In this document: piece after piece, positions 24,557 through 32,664 of the stretch
Numbering within the stretch: the first letter of the stretch is position 1
Layout of the letters: every line of letters begins with the position of its first letter
From: an uncultured Lentisphaerota bacterium
GTDB taxonomy: Bacteria > Verrucomicrobiota > Kiritimatiellia > RFP12 > UBA1067
Assembly (NCBI GenBank): GCA_946413265.1
Contig: CAMKJU010000003.1
Span: 9,087 to 73,086, forward strand
DNA length: 64,000 bases
Direction: 5' to 3'
Position numbers and translations under genes: made by a program
The notes under the pieces: generated by a model
The model's database searches: none
The model's input: the letters and a program-made list of their open reading frames with translations, nothing else
What the model was told of the DNA's origin: nothing

Positions 24557-24723
24557 ATTGCAATTGGCGGCCTGGGCCATGGAAAATCAGGAAATGGGGA
24601 AGCCGAGGGCGTGCGCACGCCGCAGGCCGTGAATCCGTGGCGCAAGCGGGGACGCGCTCGAATACTACCAGCAAACCGTGGCGCTCCGGAAAGACGGAGA
24701 ATTTGCTATACTAGGAGACACCG

Positions 24724-25980
24724 ATGACAGCGAACCTGACAATAGAGACATTCCCGAACGAGGCGGCCGCGGACTACATCCACGGCAAGGCCGTCGCGGA
24801 TCCAACGCACTTCGGCAACCTTCCGCCGCAGCTGAAGCAGCGCGCGTTCACGGTGGCGGGCATCGAGCAGCTGGACGCGCTGCAGCGCATCCGCGACGCG
24901 GTGGCGAAGCTTCCGGAGGGCGCGAGCTGGGACGAGGCGAAGAAGGAGATCGCCGCCGAGATCTCGCCGTTCGTGGGCGGCGACGACAAGGCGGCGAAGG
25001 CCCGGGCGAACTTCATGCTTCGCACGCACGGCTTCCAGGCGTATGCGGTTGCGCGGCACCAGCAGCAGATGGAGGACATCGAGATTTTTCCGTACTGGAA
25101 GTACGAGACGGTGGGCGATTCGCGGGTGCGTCCCGGACACGCCGCGCTCGACGGGAAGATACTAAGGGCCGACGATGACTGGTGGAAGACCCACTACCCG
25201 CCATGGGACTGGGGATGCCGGTGCATCGTGATCGAACTGACCGAACTGGACGCGAAGAAGCAGGGCATTACGCCTCCAGAGGAAATGCCCACGCCGGGAC
25301 GGAGCGAGAGCTTTGCGTTCGATCCAACGAACGCGGCGATCGACCTCGACAGATACCGCAAGGACCCAAGGTTTGAGGACGACGCAGACTGGCGGCTCAA
25401 ATTCGTGACGCCCGCGAAGAACGTGACCGTGCAGACCGACGACGGCGGCACCATGTCGATGTGGGATCTCTGCCTGAAGACGCAGACGGCCCGCGTTTCC
25501 AGTAACATCGCAGGAATGAGCCGGACGGACTCGGTCGAATACTTCTCGGTAATATCCCGCAAGACCGGCGTGACAGAGGCGACGATCCAGGGCACGGCGG
25601 AGGAGGTGAATTTCAACGTTGACAAGCTCAAGTACGGTGACTACATCACAATACACACGCACCTTAAGGGCGGCAATATCCCTTCAGCTGCCGACATGGC
25701 GACATATCGGACGCGGTTCGACGGCGAAGACGCGAACACGCCCTCATGGGACTACGTCGTGGCCGTTCCAAAGGCAGCAGGTATTGTGCCGCGCGCCAGG
25801 CTCATCGTGACGAAGGGGCGCATCCCAGACACAGACATGAAGGTACTCGAGCAGATCAACCGGCGTCTTGCGGCGGCCAGGGAGAGCGATCGGATGGCGA
25901 TACTCAAAGAATACACCGACAAGCTCGACGAGCTTGAAAGCAAGGGGCTCATCGAATACAAGGAAACGAAAGGAGTGTGA
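24724..25980 (+). CDS. MuF-like minor head protein fused to a C-terminal JAB/JAMM metalloprotease-like domain
   Basis: MuF/SPP1-gp7 core at aa 95-175 (YETVGDSRVRPGHAALDGKIL...WDWGCRC). C-terminal IHTHLKGGNIPSAAD matches HxHx7Sx2D exactly (nt 25654..25695), with an upstream Glu in SVEYF. Confidence 0.75.
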   Translation: MTANLTIETFPNEAAADYIHGKAVADPTHFGNLPPQLKQRAFTVAGIEQLDALQRIRDAVAKLPEGASWDEAKKEIAAEISPFVGGDDKAAKARANFMLRTHGFQAYAVARHQQQMEDIEIFPYWKYETVGDSRVRPGHAALDGKILRADDDWWKTHYPPWDWGCRCIVIELTELDAKKQGITPPEEMPTPGRSESFAFDPTNAAIDLDRYRKDPRFEDDADWRLKFVTPAKNVTVQTDDGGTMSMWDLCLKTQTARVSSNIAGMSRTDSVEYFSVISRKTGVTEATIQGTAEEVNFNVDKLKYGDYITIHTHLKGGNIPSAADMATYRTRFDGEDANTPSWDYVVAVPKAAGIVPRARLIVTKGRIPDTDMKVLEQINRRLAAARESDRMAILKEYTDKLDELESKGLIEYKETKGV

Positions 25981-25982
25981 CC

Positions 25983-26183
25983 ATGACAAGGGAAGAGGCC
26001 AAAGAACAGCTGGTGGGGCTTATGGCGTACAACTACGACATGACTGGCTCCGAGCCCGACTATGCGACGGTGTGGAACCGCATACAGGATCTGACGGACT
26101 TCATCTGGTACCATCAGCCGGATCCCGGCGAATGGGAGTTGCCGGAAGGGTACAAGGCGTTTTTGGAGAGGGCCAGGGCATGA
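25983..26183 (+). CDS. hypothetical head-module protein
   Basis: AAAGGAG RBS. Tightly packed between the MuF and gpG-like genes. Confidence 0.5.
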   Translation: MTREEAKEQLVGLMAYNYDMTGSEPDYATVWNRIQDLTDFIWYHQPDPGEWELPEGYKAFLERARA

Positions 26184-26632
26184 TCACGGTCACGATAGAC
26201 ACCTCGAACCTTACGTGGAAGCTCGCGGACTTCCCGGAAGCGCTTGCACGGGCGCAGCGGAACGCGCTGAAGGTCATCGGCAACGTCGTAAAGAACCACA
26301 CGACGGAGGCATTCAGGGATCCCAACTACAGGCCGTCGCCGTGGGCTCCGCGCAAGGACAAAAAGGCGACGCATCAGCTGCTGATCAAGAGCGGAGACCT
26401 TCGGCGAAACTTCCGATCCGTGGTGACGGGGCCGGACACCGTGGTGGTGGGCACGAAGGTGAAGTATGCAGGCTACCACCAGTTCGGCACGAAGCACATG
26501 CCGGCGCGGCCTTTCTTCCCGATCGATGAACACGGGCAGCTCACGCCGACGGTGATGCGCGACATAAAAGACAATGTCGAGGCAATCTACAAAAAGGAGA
26601 TCGACAAGGTATTCGGGAACGGGGGCGGCTGA
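26180..26632 (+). CDS. Mu gpG-like virion morphogenesis protein
   Basis: LLIKSGDLRRNF...VVGTKVKYAGYHQFGTKHMPARPFF is typical of this family. Confidence 0.75.
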   Translation: MITVTIDTSNLTWKLADFPEALARAQRNALKVIGNVVKNHTTEAFRDPNYRPSPWAPRKDKKATHQLLIKSGDLRRNFRSVVTGPDTVVVGTKVKYAGYHQFGTKHMPARPFFPIDEHGQLTPTVMRDIKDNVEAIYKKEIDKVFGNGGG

Positions 26633-26634
26633 GA

Positions 26635-26658
26635 GACAGCAAGCGTACGACAGCAAGG
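26635..26658 (+). repeat. 24-nt motif copy 2 nt after the gpG-like stop
   Basis: GACAGCAAGCGTACGACAGCAAGG. Confidence 0.95.
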
Positions 26659-26701
26659 CTAACTGATGATATAAACACTTCCTTTTTCAGTGCCGCACAG
26701 T

Positions 26702-26733
26702 CCGCACGGGCGCAAGCCCGCGCGGCGTTTTTT
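26702..26733 (+). terminator. rho-independent terminator
   Basis: CCGCACGGGC-GCAA-GCCCGCGCGG (10-bp stem, 1 mismatch) followed by CGTTTTTTAT. Confidence 0.7.
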
Positions 26734-26752
26734 ATATAAACTGTGCGCCGTT

Positions 26753-27790
26753 ATGGGCAAGCCAGACAAAGTGATACTTCTTCGCACAACCGGCGTCGCC
26801 GTGAGCCTTTCGGCTGACGCGGCGAAGCTGCCGCGCCGGATCAAGGTGCTGAACTGGGGCGACAACCCGAACTGCCACGGGAAGCGCGTGAACGTGGGCG
26901 CGCTCTTCGTGAAGTGCCTGAACGCCGACACCTATCCCTACCGCAAGGTGGCGCTCGACTTCGAGCACAACACCTTCCCCGGCACGGCGGCGTACAAGGA
27001 GTCGAAGGAGCCGCGTCCCGTCGCGGGCTTCGGCACGATCGAGGCCGTCGAGGGCGACGGCGTGTACATCACGATGTCGAGCTGGACTCCGGACGGCGAG
27101 AAGATGGCGGCGAACTACGCCGACGTCTCGGCCGGGGCCGTGACCGACAAGGAAGGCAACCTCGTGGCCGTGGCGAGCGTGGCGCTGTGCCGCGCCGGCG
27201 CGGTGGACGGCATGGATTTCGTGGAGGCGCCGCTGAGTGGCGGTATCTCTTCCGCGCTGAGCGGAATCATCAACAACCAGGAAGGCGGGCTGAAGCCCGC
27301 CGCTCCGATACAGAAAGGAAATGCAATGGACTACAAGGCATTGCTATTGAAGCTGCTGGGGCTTGGCGAGGACGCCACGGACGAGGCCATTCAGGCCGCG
27401 CTCGATGCGGCCGGCAAGAAGCCCACGCAGGAGGAACAGGACGCGGCACTATCGGCTGCGGTGAAGACTGCTGTCGCGGAGGCCGTGAAGCCGATCGAGG
27501 AGAAGGTGGCCGCGCTTTCGGCGGCAGCCGTCGCCCACGAGAAGGCCGACCTCATCGCCGAGGCCGCCCGCGAGGGCAAGGTGATCGCGCTCGGCGCGGA
27601 CGCCATCGGGAAGATCACGGTCGAAGACCTGAAAGCCACGATCGCGAAGACGCCCGTGACGGTGCCGCTCAACGCGAAGACGCCGACGAACATGAAGGAG
27701 AATGCCGCCGAGGGCGATGTGCCCGAGGAGCTGCGCCAGATCGCGCTCAACTGCGGGGTGAGCCCGGATATCTTCAAAGCGGGGAAGTGA
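26753..27790 (+). CDS. Mu gpI-like head protease with nested scaffold (internal start at 27326)
   Basis: The RIKVLNWGDNPN...VALDFEHN pattern matches the Mu-like prophage I protein. The C-terminal Ala/Glu-rich helical part begins at MDYKALLLKLLGL, after an SD-like AAAGGAAA. Confidence 0.8.
   Translation: MGKPDKVILLRTTGVAVSLSADAAKLPRRIKVLNWGDNPNCHGKRVNVGALFVKCLNADTYPYRKVALDFEHNTFPGTAAYKESKEPRPVAGFGTIEAVEGDGVYITMSSWTPDGEKMAANYADVSAGAVTDKEGNLVAVASVALCRAGAVDGMDFVEAPLSGGISSALSGIINNQEGGLKPAAPIQKGNAMDYKALLLKLLGLGEDATDEAIQAALDAAGKKPTQEEQDAALSAAVKTAVAEAVKPIEEKVAALSAAAVAHEKADLIAEAAREGKVIALGADAIGKITVEDLKATIAKTPVTVPLNAKTPTNMKENAAEGDVPEELRQIALNCGVSPDIFKAGK
27292..27313 (+). repeat. copy of the 5' half of the extended unit (GAAGCCCGCCGCTCCGATACAG) before the nested scaffold start
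   Basis: Matches 17852..17873 and 18038..18059. Translated as KPAAPIQ. Confidence 0.8.
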
Positions 27791-27812
27791 CAGCAAGCGT
27801 ACAACAGCAAGG
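27789..27812 (+). repeat. 24-nt motif copy overlapping the protease stop, followed by AAAGGCAAAACATG
   Basis: tGACAGCAAGCGTACAACAGCAAGGaaaggcaaaacATG(27824). Confidence 0.95.
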
Positions 27813-27823
27813 AAAGGCAAAAC

Positions 27824-28264
27824 ATGAAAAAACTGATTGCAATGGCCGCGATGGCGGCAATGGCGCTCGCGGCATTCGCGGGCGAGCACGACACGCCGCA
27901 GGTGAGCGGCGACTACGCCCAGCTCGCGGCGGGCGAGGCGGTCTACGCCGGCAACATCGCAGCCGTGGGCACGAACGGCTGCGCCTACGCGGTGAACACC
28001 TCCGCCGTTGGCGGCACGCTCACCGTGTGCGGGGTGTTCCTGCACAACGCGGCGAAAGGCGAGAACGTGACGGTGAAGCGCGGGGGATTCATCCTCGAGA
28101 ACGCGACCGGCGCCGGCGCGATCGCGAAGAAGGACATCGGCGCGACGGCCTACTCCGTGGCGACGAACCCCTGGACCGTGACCAAGACGAGCGGCACGAA
28201 GACCGTCGGCAAGGTGGCCGACGTGCGCGACGACGGCAAGGTCGTGGTGGTGGTTGGCCGGTAG
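27824..28264 (+). CDS. DUF2190-like head protein (decoration or auxiliary) with signal-peptide-like N-terminus
   Basis: Lies between the scaffold and the major capsid. Gly/Ala/Val-rich beta pattern. N-terminus MKKLIAMAAMAAMALAAFAG. Confidence 0.5.
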   Translation: MKKLIAMAAMAAMALAAFAGEHDTPQVSGDYAQLAAGEAVYAGNIAAVGTNGCAYAVNTSAVGGTLTVCGVFLHNAAKGENVTVKRGGFILENATGAGAIAKKDIGATAYSVATNPWTVTKTSGTKTVGKVADVRDDGKVVVVVGR

Positions 28265-28273
28265 CGGCGAGGA

Positions 28274-28297
28274 AACAGCAAGCGTACAACAGCAAGG
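28274..28297 (+). repeat. 24-nt motif copy in the major-capsid leader
   Basis: aACAGCAAGCGTACAACAGCAAGGaaaggcaaagacATG(28310). Confidence 0.95.
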
Positions 28298-28309
28298 AAA
28301 GGCAAAGAC

Positions 28310-29248
28310 ATGAACATCACTGCAGCAACCCTGGACGCGCTCTTCAAGACGTTCCAGACCAAATTCACCGAGGCGCAGAAGGCCGCGCAGACGCGCGTGA
28401 CGCCGAACGACCTCCTTCCCGAGGACATCGCCCTCGCCTTCACCGGCGCGGGCTCCGCCACGCAGCACAGCTGGCTCGAGCAGCTGCACGGCATCCACGA
28501 GTGGGTGGGCGAGCGCGTCTTGAACAACGCGAAGCTCGGCAAGCTCACGGTCGTGAACCGCGACTTCGAGAACACGATCAAGGTCTCGCGCAACGAGATC
28601 GAGGACGACCAGTACGGCGTCTACGCGCCGCTGGTGGGCATGATGGGCGCGGACGCCGAGAACCTGTGGAAGAAGCTCGCGATCGAAGCGCTCCTCGGGA
28701 ACGGCGAGTGGGCGGACGGCAACCCGTTCTTCTGCTCGGGCCGCGTGCTCGGGGAGAGCACGTTCACGAACGCGGTGACGACCTCCTTCAGCAAGGCCGC
28801 CGTCGAGGCCGCCATCGCGGCGATGCGCGGCTGGAAGCTCTACGGCGGCGAGCCGGGCGAGATCCGCCCGGACGTGCTCCTCGTGGGCCCGTCGCTCGAG
28901 GCGGCGGCCAAACTGATCTGCGAAGCCGACCTCGTGGCGGACAGCGGCACGACGGTGAGCAACGTGAGCCCGGCGAAGGCGCTGAAGGTGCGCGTGTCGC
29001 AGTCGCTCGTGGGAGACCACGCGAACGAGTGGTACGTGCTCGGCGACAAGAACGGCGTGAAGGCCGTGGGCATCCAGAAGCGCAAGCTGCCGGTGCTGAC
29101 GCGCAAGGACCGCGACGAGGACACGAACGTGTTCATGACGAACGACTTCCTCTACGGCGTCCACGCGCGCGGCGAGGGCTTCCTGACTCTTCCGTTCCTC
29201 GCCTACAAGGGCGGCGCGGCGGCCGTGGCAGCCTGGGAGGAGAAGTAA
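28310..29248 (+). CDS. Mu gpT-like major capsid protein
   Basis: HSWLEQLHGIHEWVGERV...VVNRDFENTIKVSRNEIEDDQYGVY is characteristic of the gpT family. Confidence 0.9.
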   Translation: MNITAATLDALFKTFQTKFTEAQKAAQTRVTPNDLLPEDIALAFTGAGSATQHSWLEQLHGIHEWVGERVLNNAKLGKLTVVNRDFENTIKVSRNEIEDDQYGVYAPLVGMMGADAENLWKKLAIEALLGNGEWADGNPFFCSGRVLGESTFTNAVTTSFSKAAVEAAIAAMRGWKLYGGEPGEIRPDVLLVGPSLEAAAKLICEADLVADSGTTVSNVSPAKALKVRVSQSLVGDHANEWYVLGDKNGVKAVGIQKRKLPVLTRKDRDEDTNVFMTNDFLYGVHARGEGFLTLPFLAYKGGAAAVAAWEEK

Positions 29249-29254
29249 GGCTCC

Positions 29255-29650
29255 ATGACGAGGCTGACGATAGACGACCTGACCGGCGACATGCCGGAGC
29301 AGAAGCTTATCGAGGCACTCGACGACGACCAGGACGGCTTCGCCGACGAGAAGGCCTTCGCCGCGGCGCTCGCATCCGCGAACGCCCGCGCCGAGGCCAT
29401 CTTCGGCGGGGCCGTGCCGGTCCAGTACTCATCGTCGGCGGACTACGCCGTGAGGGTGTTCCTGCTGGACATCCTCTACCGACGTCGCGGCGTGGCCGAC
29501 GACTCAAACCCGTGGGCGAAGCTGGCGGATGAGCAGGAGGCGCGCCTTCGGGCGCTCGCCTCCGGCACCGAGGCCATCGACGCCACCACGGACGGCGTGA
29601 TCATCTCGAAGCCCGCGAAGATCTACAACTCGCTGGGGGTGCTGTCGTGA
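29255..29650 (+). CDS. Mu gp36-like head-tail connector protein (DUF1320-like)
   Basis: Called from position after the capsid gene and the N-terminal pattern LTIDDL...LIEALDDD. Confidence 0.55.
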   Translation: MTRLTIDDLTGDMPEQKLIEALDDDQDGFADEKAFAAALASANARAEAIFGGAVPVQYSSSADYAVRVFLLDILYRRRGVADDSNPWAKLADEQEARLRALASGTEAIDATTDGVIISKPAKIYNSLGVLS

Positions 29651-30120
29651 TCGCGGCCGAGCTGGAGAAAAAAATCTGCGCGGCGCTGGTGGATGCGCTC
29701 GGCGCGGTGGGGGCGGCGCGGCGGCCGGTGATCCGCGGACGCTGGCGCGACGCCTCCGAAGGGAGGTCCGGCCCCGAGCTGCAGCCGGTTGGGACGCTCG
29801 TCGAGGTCTCCGTGGGCCTGCCGGCTTACGAACGGTTCATGCTCAACAAGGCGACGCTGGCCGTGCGCGTGACGACGTGGTTCAGGAGCGCGTCGGCAGG
29901 AGCGGCGGCGACGACGGTGATTCCGATGACCGAGGCGCTCTGCGGCCTTGTGGGCGAGTGGCAGATGGACGCCGAACGCCTTGAAGCCGATCTCGGCTTC
30001 GGGAAATTCCGGCCCTTCGCGCTGCGCGCCGCCGGCGGCAATGCGCCGACGGAGACGGCAGATGGCATGAGCATCACGCACGATTTCACCGTCACGGGCC
30101 TTACGGGCCGTGGCGAATAA
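29647..30120 (+). CDS. head-tail joining protein (hypothetical)
   Basis: 4-nt overlap with the upstream gene. Called from operon context. Confidence 0.5.
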   Translation: MIAAELEKKICAALVDALGAVGAARRPVIRGRWRDASEGRSGPELQPVGTLVEVSVGLPAYERFMLNKATLAVRVTTWFRSASAGAAATTVIPMTEALCGLVGEWQMDAERLEADLGFGKFRPFALRAAGGNAPTETADGMSITHDFTVTGLTGRGE

Positions 30121-30148
30121 ACAGGCAAGCAAGAAAGGAAACTGTAAA

Positions 30149-30523
30149 ATGTCAGCAATGGAACACAAACTGGGGACGCAGCTCGCGACCGGCGCGACCG
30201 CTAGCCCCGTGCCCAAGACCCACTCGCAGACGGCGCGGCGAGCTGCTGGCGGCGAGCTGCGGATCATCCACGACGAGACGGGCGCGGACCTCGCGGTGTA
30301 CGTGACGGATCCGCACAGCGAACAGTCGTTCGAGGCGGTGATGGAGGCGGACGCGGAAGACAAGGAGATCGGAGACCCTGTTACCGTAAACAATACGAAG
30401 TACGTCGTCACGCAGTGGGAAGTGAATGAAGTGAACGATGACGTCAAGCGCGTGAGCATCGGCCTGCGGACCGTTGACGCCACGCTCACCGTCCCGGGGG
30501 CCAGCACCAATACGAACACCTAA
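30149..30523 (+). CDS. putative major tail subunit
   Basis: Called from position before the chaperone-like gene and the tape measure. AAGAAAGGAAA RBS. Confidence 0.45.
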   Translation: MSAMEHKLGTQLATGATASPVPKTHSQTARRAAGGELRIIHDETGADLAVYVTDPHSEQSFEAVMEADAEDKEIGDPVTVNNTKYVVTQWEVNEVNDDVKRVSIGLRTVDATLTVPGASTNTNT

Positions 30524-30529
30524 GGCGCC

Positions 30530-31090
30530 GTGGAGATCCCGCACGAGAACTACCTTGCCGCGTTCCCGCAGCCGAGGGCTGCTGGGAACGTGACGCTGAA
30601 GCCGCTGACGCTGGCCGGGGCCATCCGGCTCGGCGAGCGCGGCGTGTCGCTCGTGCGGCGCGTCCCGCGCGGCCAGCTGGTGGAGGCGGCGTTCGTGCTT
30701 TCCGGCGAATCCGACCTCGAGCAGTTCTGCCGACGCGCGAAGTTCGGTCTTTCGGCGCTCTCGCGGGCGGTGGAGGCCGTCTTGAACGACGCCTTCGCCA
30801 CTTACGTGCGCCCTGCCGCGCCGAAGAACGCACGCCGCCACCTCACGCCTCACGGGCTCGGCTGGCCGCTGGAACTGGCGGAATGGCTGTGCGCGGAGTA
30901 CGGCTGGAGCTGGCGCGAGGCGCTGGAGACGCCCGTGGTGACCGTCCACGCGCTTGCGGCGGCGAGCCGTCAGCGGCGCGGCGTGCGCAACGCCGGGATG
31001 GACTACCTCGAGCGGCGGTACGTGGCCGACGCGAAGGCCGGGCGCGTGAAATGGTTCACCCTTGACAGCGGAAAGGAGGAGGCGGTATAA
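30530..31090 (+). CDS. putative tail assembly chaperone
   Basis: GTG start. Called from position between the tube and the tape measure. Confidence 0.4.
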   Translation: MEIPHENYLAAFPQPRAAGNVTLKPLTLAGAIRLGERGVSLVRRVPRGQLVEAAFVLSGESDLEQFCRRAKFGLSALSRAVEAVLNDAFATYVRPAAPKNARRHLTPHGLGWPLELAEWLCAEYGWSWREALETPVVTVHALAAASRQRRGVRNAGMDYLERRYVADAKAGRVKWFTLDSGKEEAV

Positions 31091-31212
31091 TGGCAGGCGT
31101 GAAAGACGACAAAGACTTTTTCGACGAGCTGTTCGACGTTGACGGAAAATGCATCTGCATTGTCCTCGCGGTCGTCGCCGTCGTTTTCGTCGTCTGCCTT
31201 GCGCTCGCCTAG
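31090..31212 (+). CDS. tiny membrane peptide (40 aa)
   Basis: CICIVLAVVAVVFVVCLALA. ATG overlaps the upstream TAA. Confidence 0.3.
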   Translation: MAGVKDDKDFFDELFDVDGKCICIVLAVVAVVFVVCLALA

Positions 31213-31227
31213 CGTGCCGCCGCCGAC

Positions 31228-32652
31228 ATGGCGGACGGGGACGGATCAGATGTGAAGATCAGGGTCTCGGCCGACACAAGACAGGCCGAAGGCGCAGTGA
31301 AGCGCCTGCAGGGCGTGTTCGCCACGGCTGCGCGCGGCATCGGCGCGTTCACGAAGGCGATGGGCGTGGTGGGCTTCGCGATCAGCGGGATACAGGCCGT
31401 CGTGGGCGCGTTCAAGTCGCTCCACGAATGGGTCACGAAGGGAGGCGAGGCCGCGAAGCAAATGCGCCGCGAGCTGGAGCAGACGCGGTACGAGCGAGGC
31501 GTGGAGAACGCCGCGAAGGCCTACAAGGAACTCAACGCCGAGATTGAGCGCACGATCCGCCTTGAGAAGGAGCGCGCCGCGATAAAGGCCCGGCAGACCT
31601 CGAACCGGCGCGACGCGGAGGACGCAAGGCTGGAGCTGGCGAAGCAGAAGGAGATCGCCGCGCTGGACCCGGCGTCCGAGGACTACGGCAGGCGCAAGCG
31701 CGAGATCGAGGACAAATACGCGGCCAAGGCCGCGAACACTGCGGCTGCGCGGACGAAGGAGGACCGTGGCGCGGAGGCGGAGGGACTGCGGAAGGAGCTC
31801 GCCGAGAAGGAGCGCCAGATTGCCGGGCAGAAGGCGAGCCGCGACGCCGACATCAAGGAGGCCGACGCCGCGAAGCGCGAAATCGAGCAGCGGAAGAAGG
31901 GCCGCGCATGGCTCGACGCCATGGGACCGCTTGGAGGCGACAAGCGCGAGGAGAACGAGGAGCGGATAAAGACGCTCGAAAAGCGGGAGAAGGCGGCGCG
32001 GAACCGCGCGGAAAGCAAGGCGGAGGCGATCCAGGCGGCGGAGGACGCCGCCGCGATCCTGCGCGAGAAGATCGAAGTCGTCTTCGGCGATGTCGAGGGC
32101 GCGAAGACGCGCGCCGAGGCGACAAGGCAGTCCATCGCCCAGGGCGCGCGGGAGCGTGCGGCGGAAGAAGCGCGGAGCAAGAAGGCGAAGGAGGAAGCCG
32201 ACGCGAAGAAGGCCGCGTCCGAGGCGAAAGAGGCGGAGTCCAATCGGCTGGAGCTGGCGAAGCAGGAGAAAATCAGGGCGTTGGACATTTACGACCCCGA
32301 CTACGAGAAGAAACGGAAGCAAATCGAGCGCGACCATGCTTATGAGGCTGCGGGCCTTGCGGACACCGAAGAGGAGAGGGAGTCCCAACGGCTGGCGGTC
32401 GTGAACGAGATCGCCGCCGAGGAGTCCGCCAAACACCGGCAGAACCGCGAGTCCTTCGCCGAACGGATGGCGGCGACGGAGGGAGTGAGCCAGAACAGGC
32501 TCACCGCGCTGGGGCTCGGCAGCGGCGTGGAGGGCCGTTCCGGAATAGCGGGCGACGTGAAGAAGATCGTGGACCTTCTGAAGGAGGAGATCGCCGCCGT
32601 GAAGGACAACAAGCCGGAACGCACGGACGGCGTGGCGATAGTTGGCGAGTGA
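31228..32652 (+). CDS. tail tape measure protein
   Basis: N-terminal membrane-like GIGAFTKAMGVVGFAISGIQAVVGAF, then a long Ala/Glu/Lys/Arg coiled coil. Confidence 0.75.
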   Translation: MADGDGSDVKIRVSADTRQAEGAVKRLQGVFATAARGIGAFTKAMGVVGFAISGIQAVVGAFKSLHEWVTKGGEAAKQMRRELEQTRYERGVENAAKAYKELNAEIERTIRLEKERAAIKARQTSNRRDAEDARLELAKQKEIAALDPASEDYGRRKREIEDKYAAKAANTAAARTKEDRGAEAEGLRKELAEKERQIAGQKASRDADIKEADAAKREIEQRKKGRAWLDAMGPLGGDKREENEERIKTLEKREKAARNRAESKAEAIQAAEDAAAILREKIEVVFGDVEGAKTRAEATRQSIAQGARERAAEEARSKKAKEEADAKKAASEAKEAESNRLELAKQEKIRALDIYDPDYEKKRKQIERDHAYEAAGLADTEEERESQRLAVVNEIAAEESAKHRQNRESFAERMAATEGVSQNRLTALGLGSGVEGRSGIAGDVKKIVDLLKEEIAAVKDNKPERTDGVAIVGE

Positions 32653-32664
32653 GGAGTATAGACC

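Noticed and set aside
24704-24712. TGCTATACT as an extended -10 late promoter before the MuF gene
   Set aside because: It would place the TSS inside or after the AGGAGA Shine-Dalgarno that serves the ATG at 24724. The two readings are mutually exclusive, and the SD reading fits operon-internal genes better.
26914-29532. 872-aa plus-strand ORF and 571-aa minus-strand ORF across the protease and capsid region
   Set aside because: These are shadow frames with extreme Arg/Gly content. The chosen frames match the gpI, DUF2190-like and gpT families.
30530-31228. Expected -1 programmed frameshift in the tail assembly chaperone pair upstream of the tape measure
   Set aside because: No slippery heptamer (XXXYYYZ such as GGGAAAG or AAAAAAG) was seen near the 3' end. 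The small downstream ORF is a hydrophobic peptide in a separate cistron.
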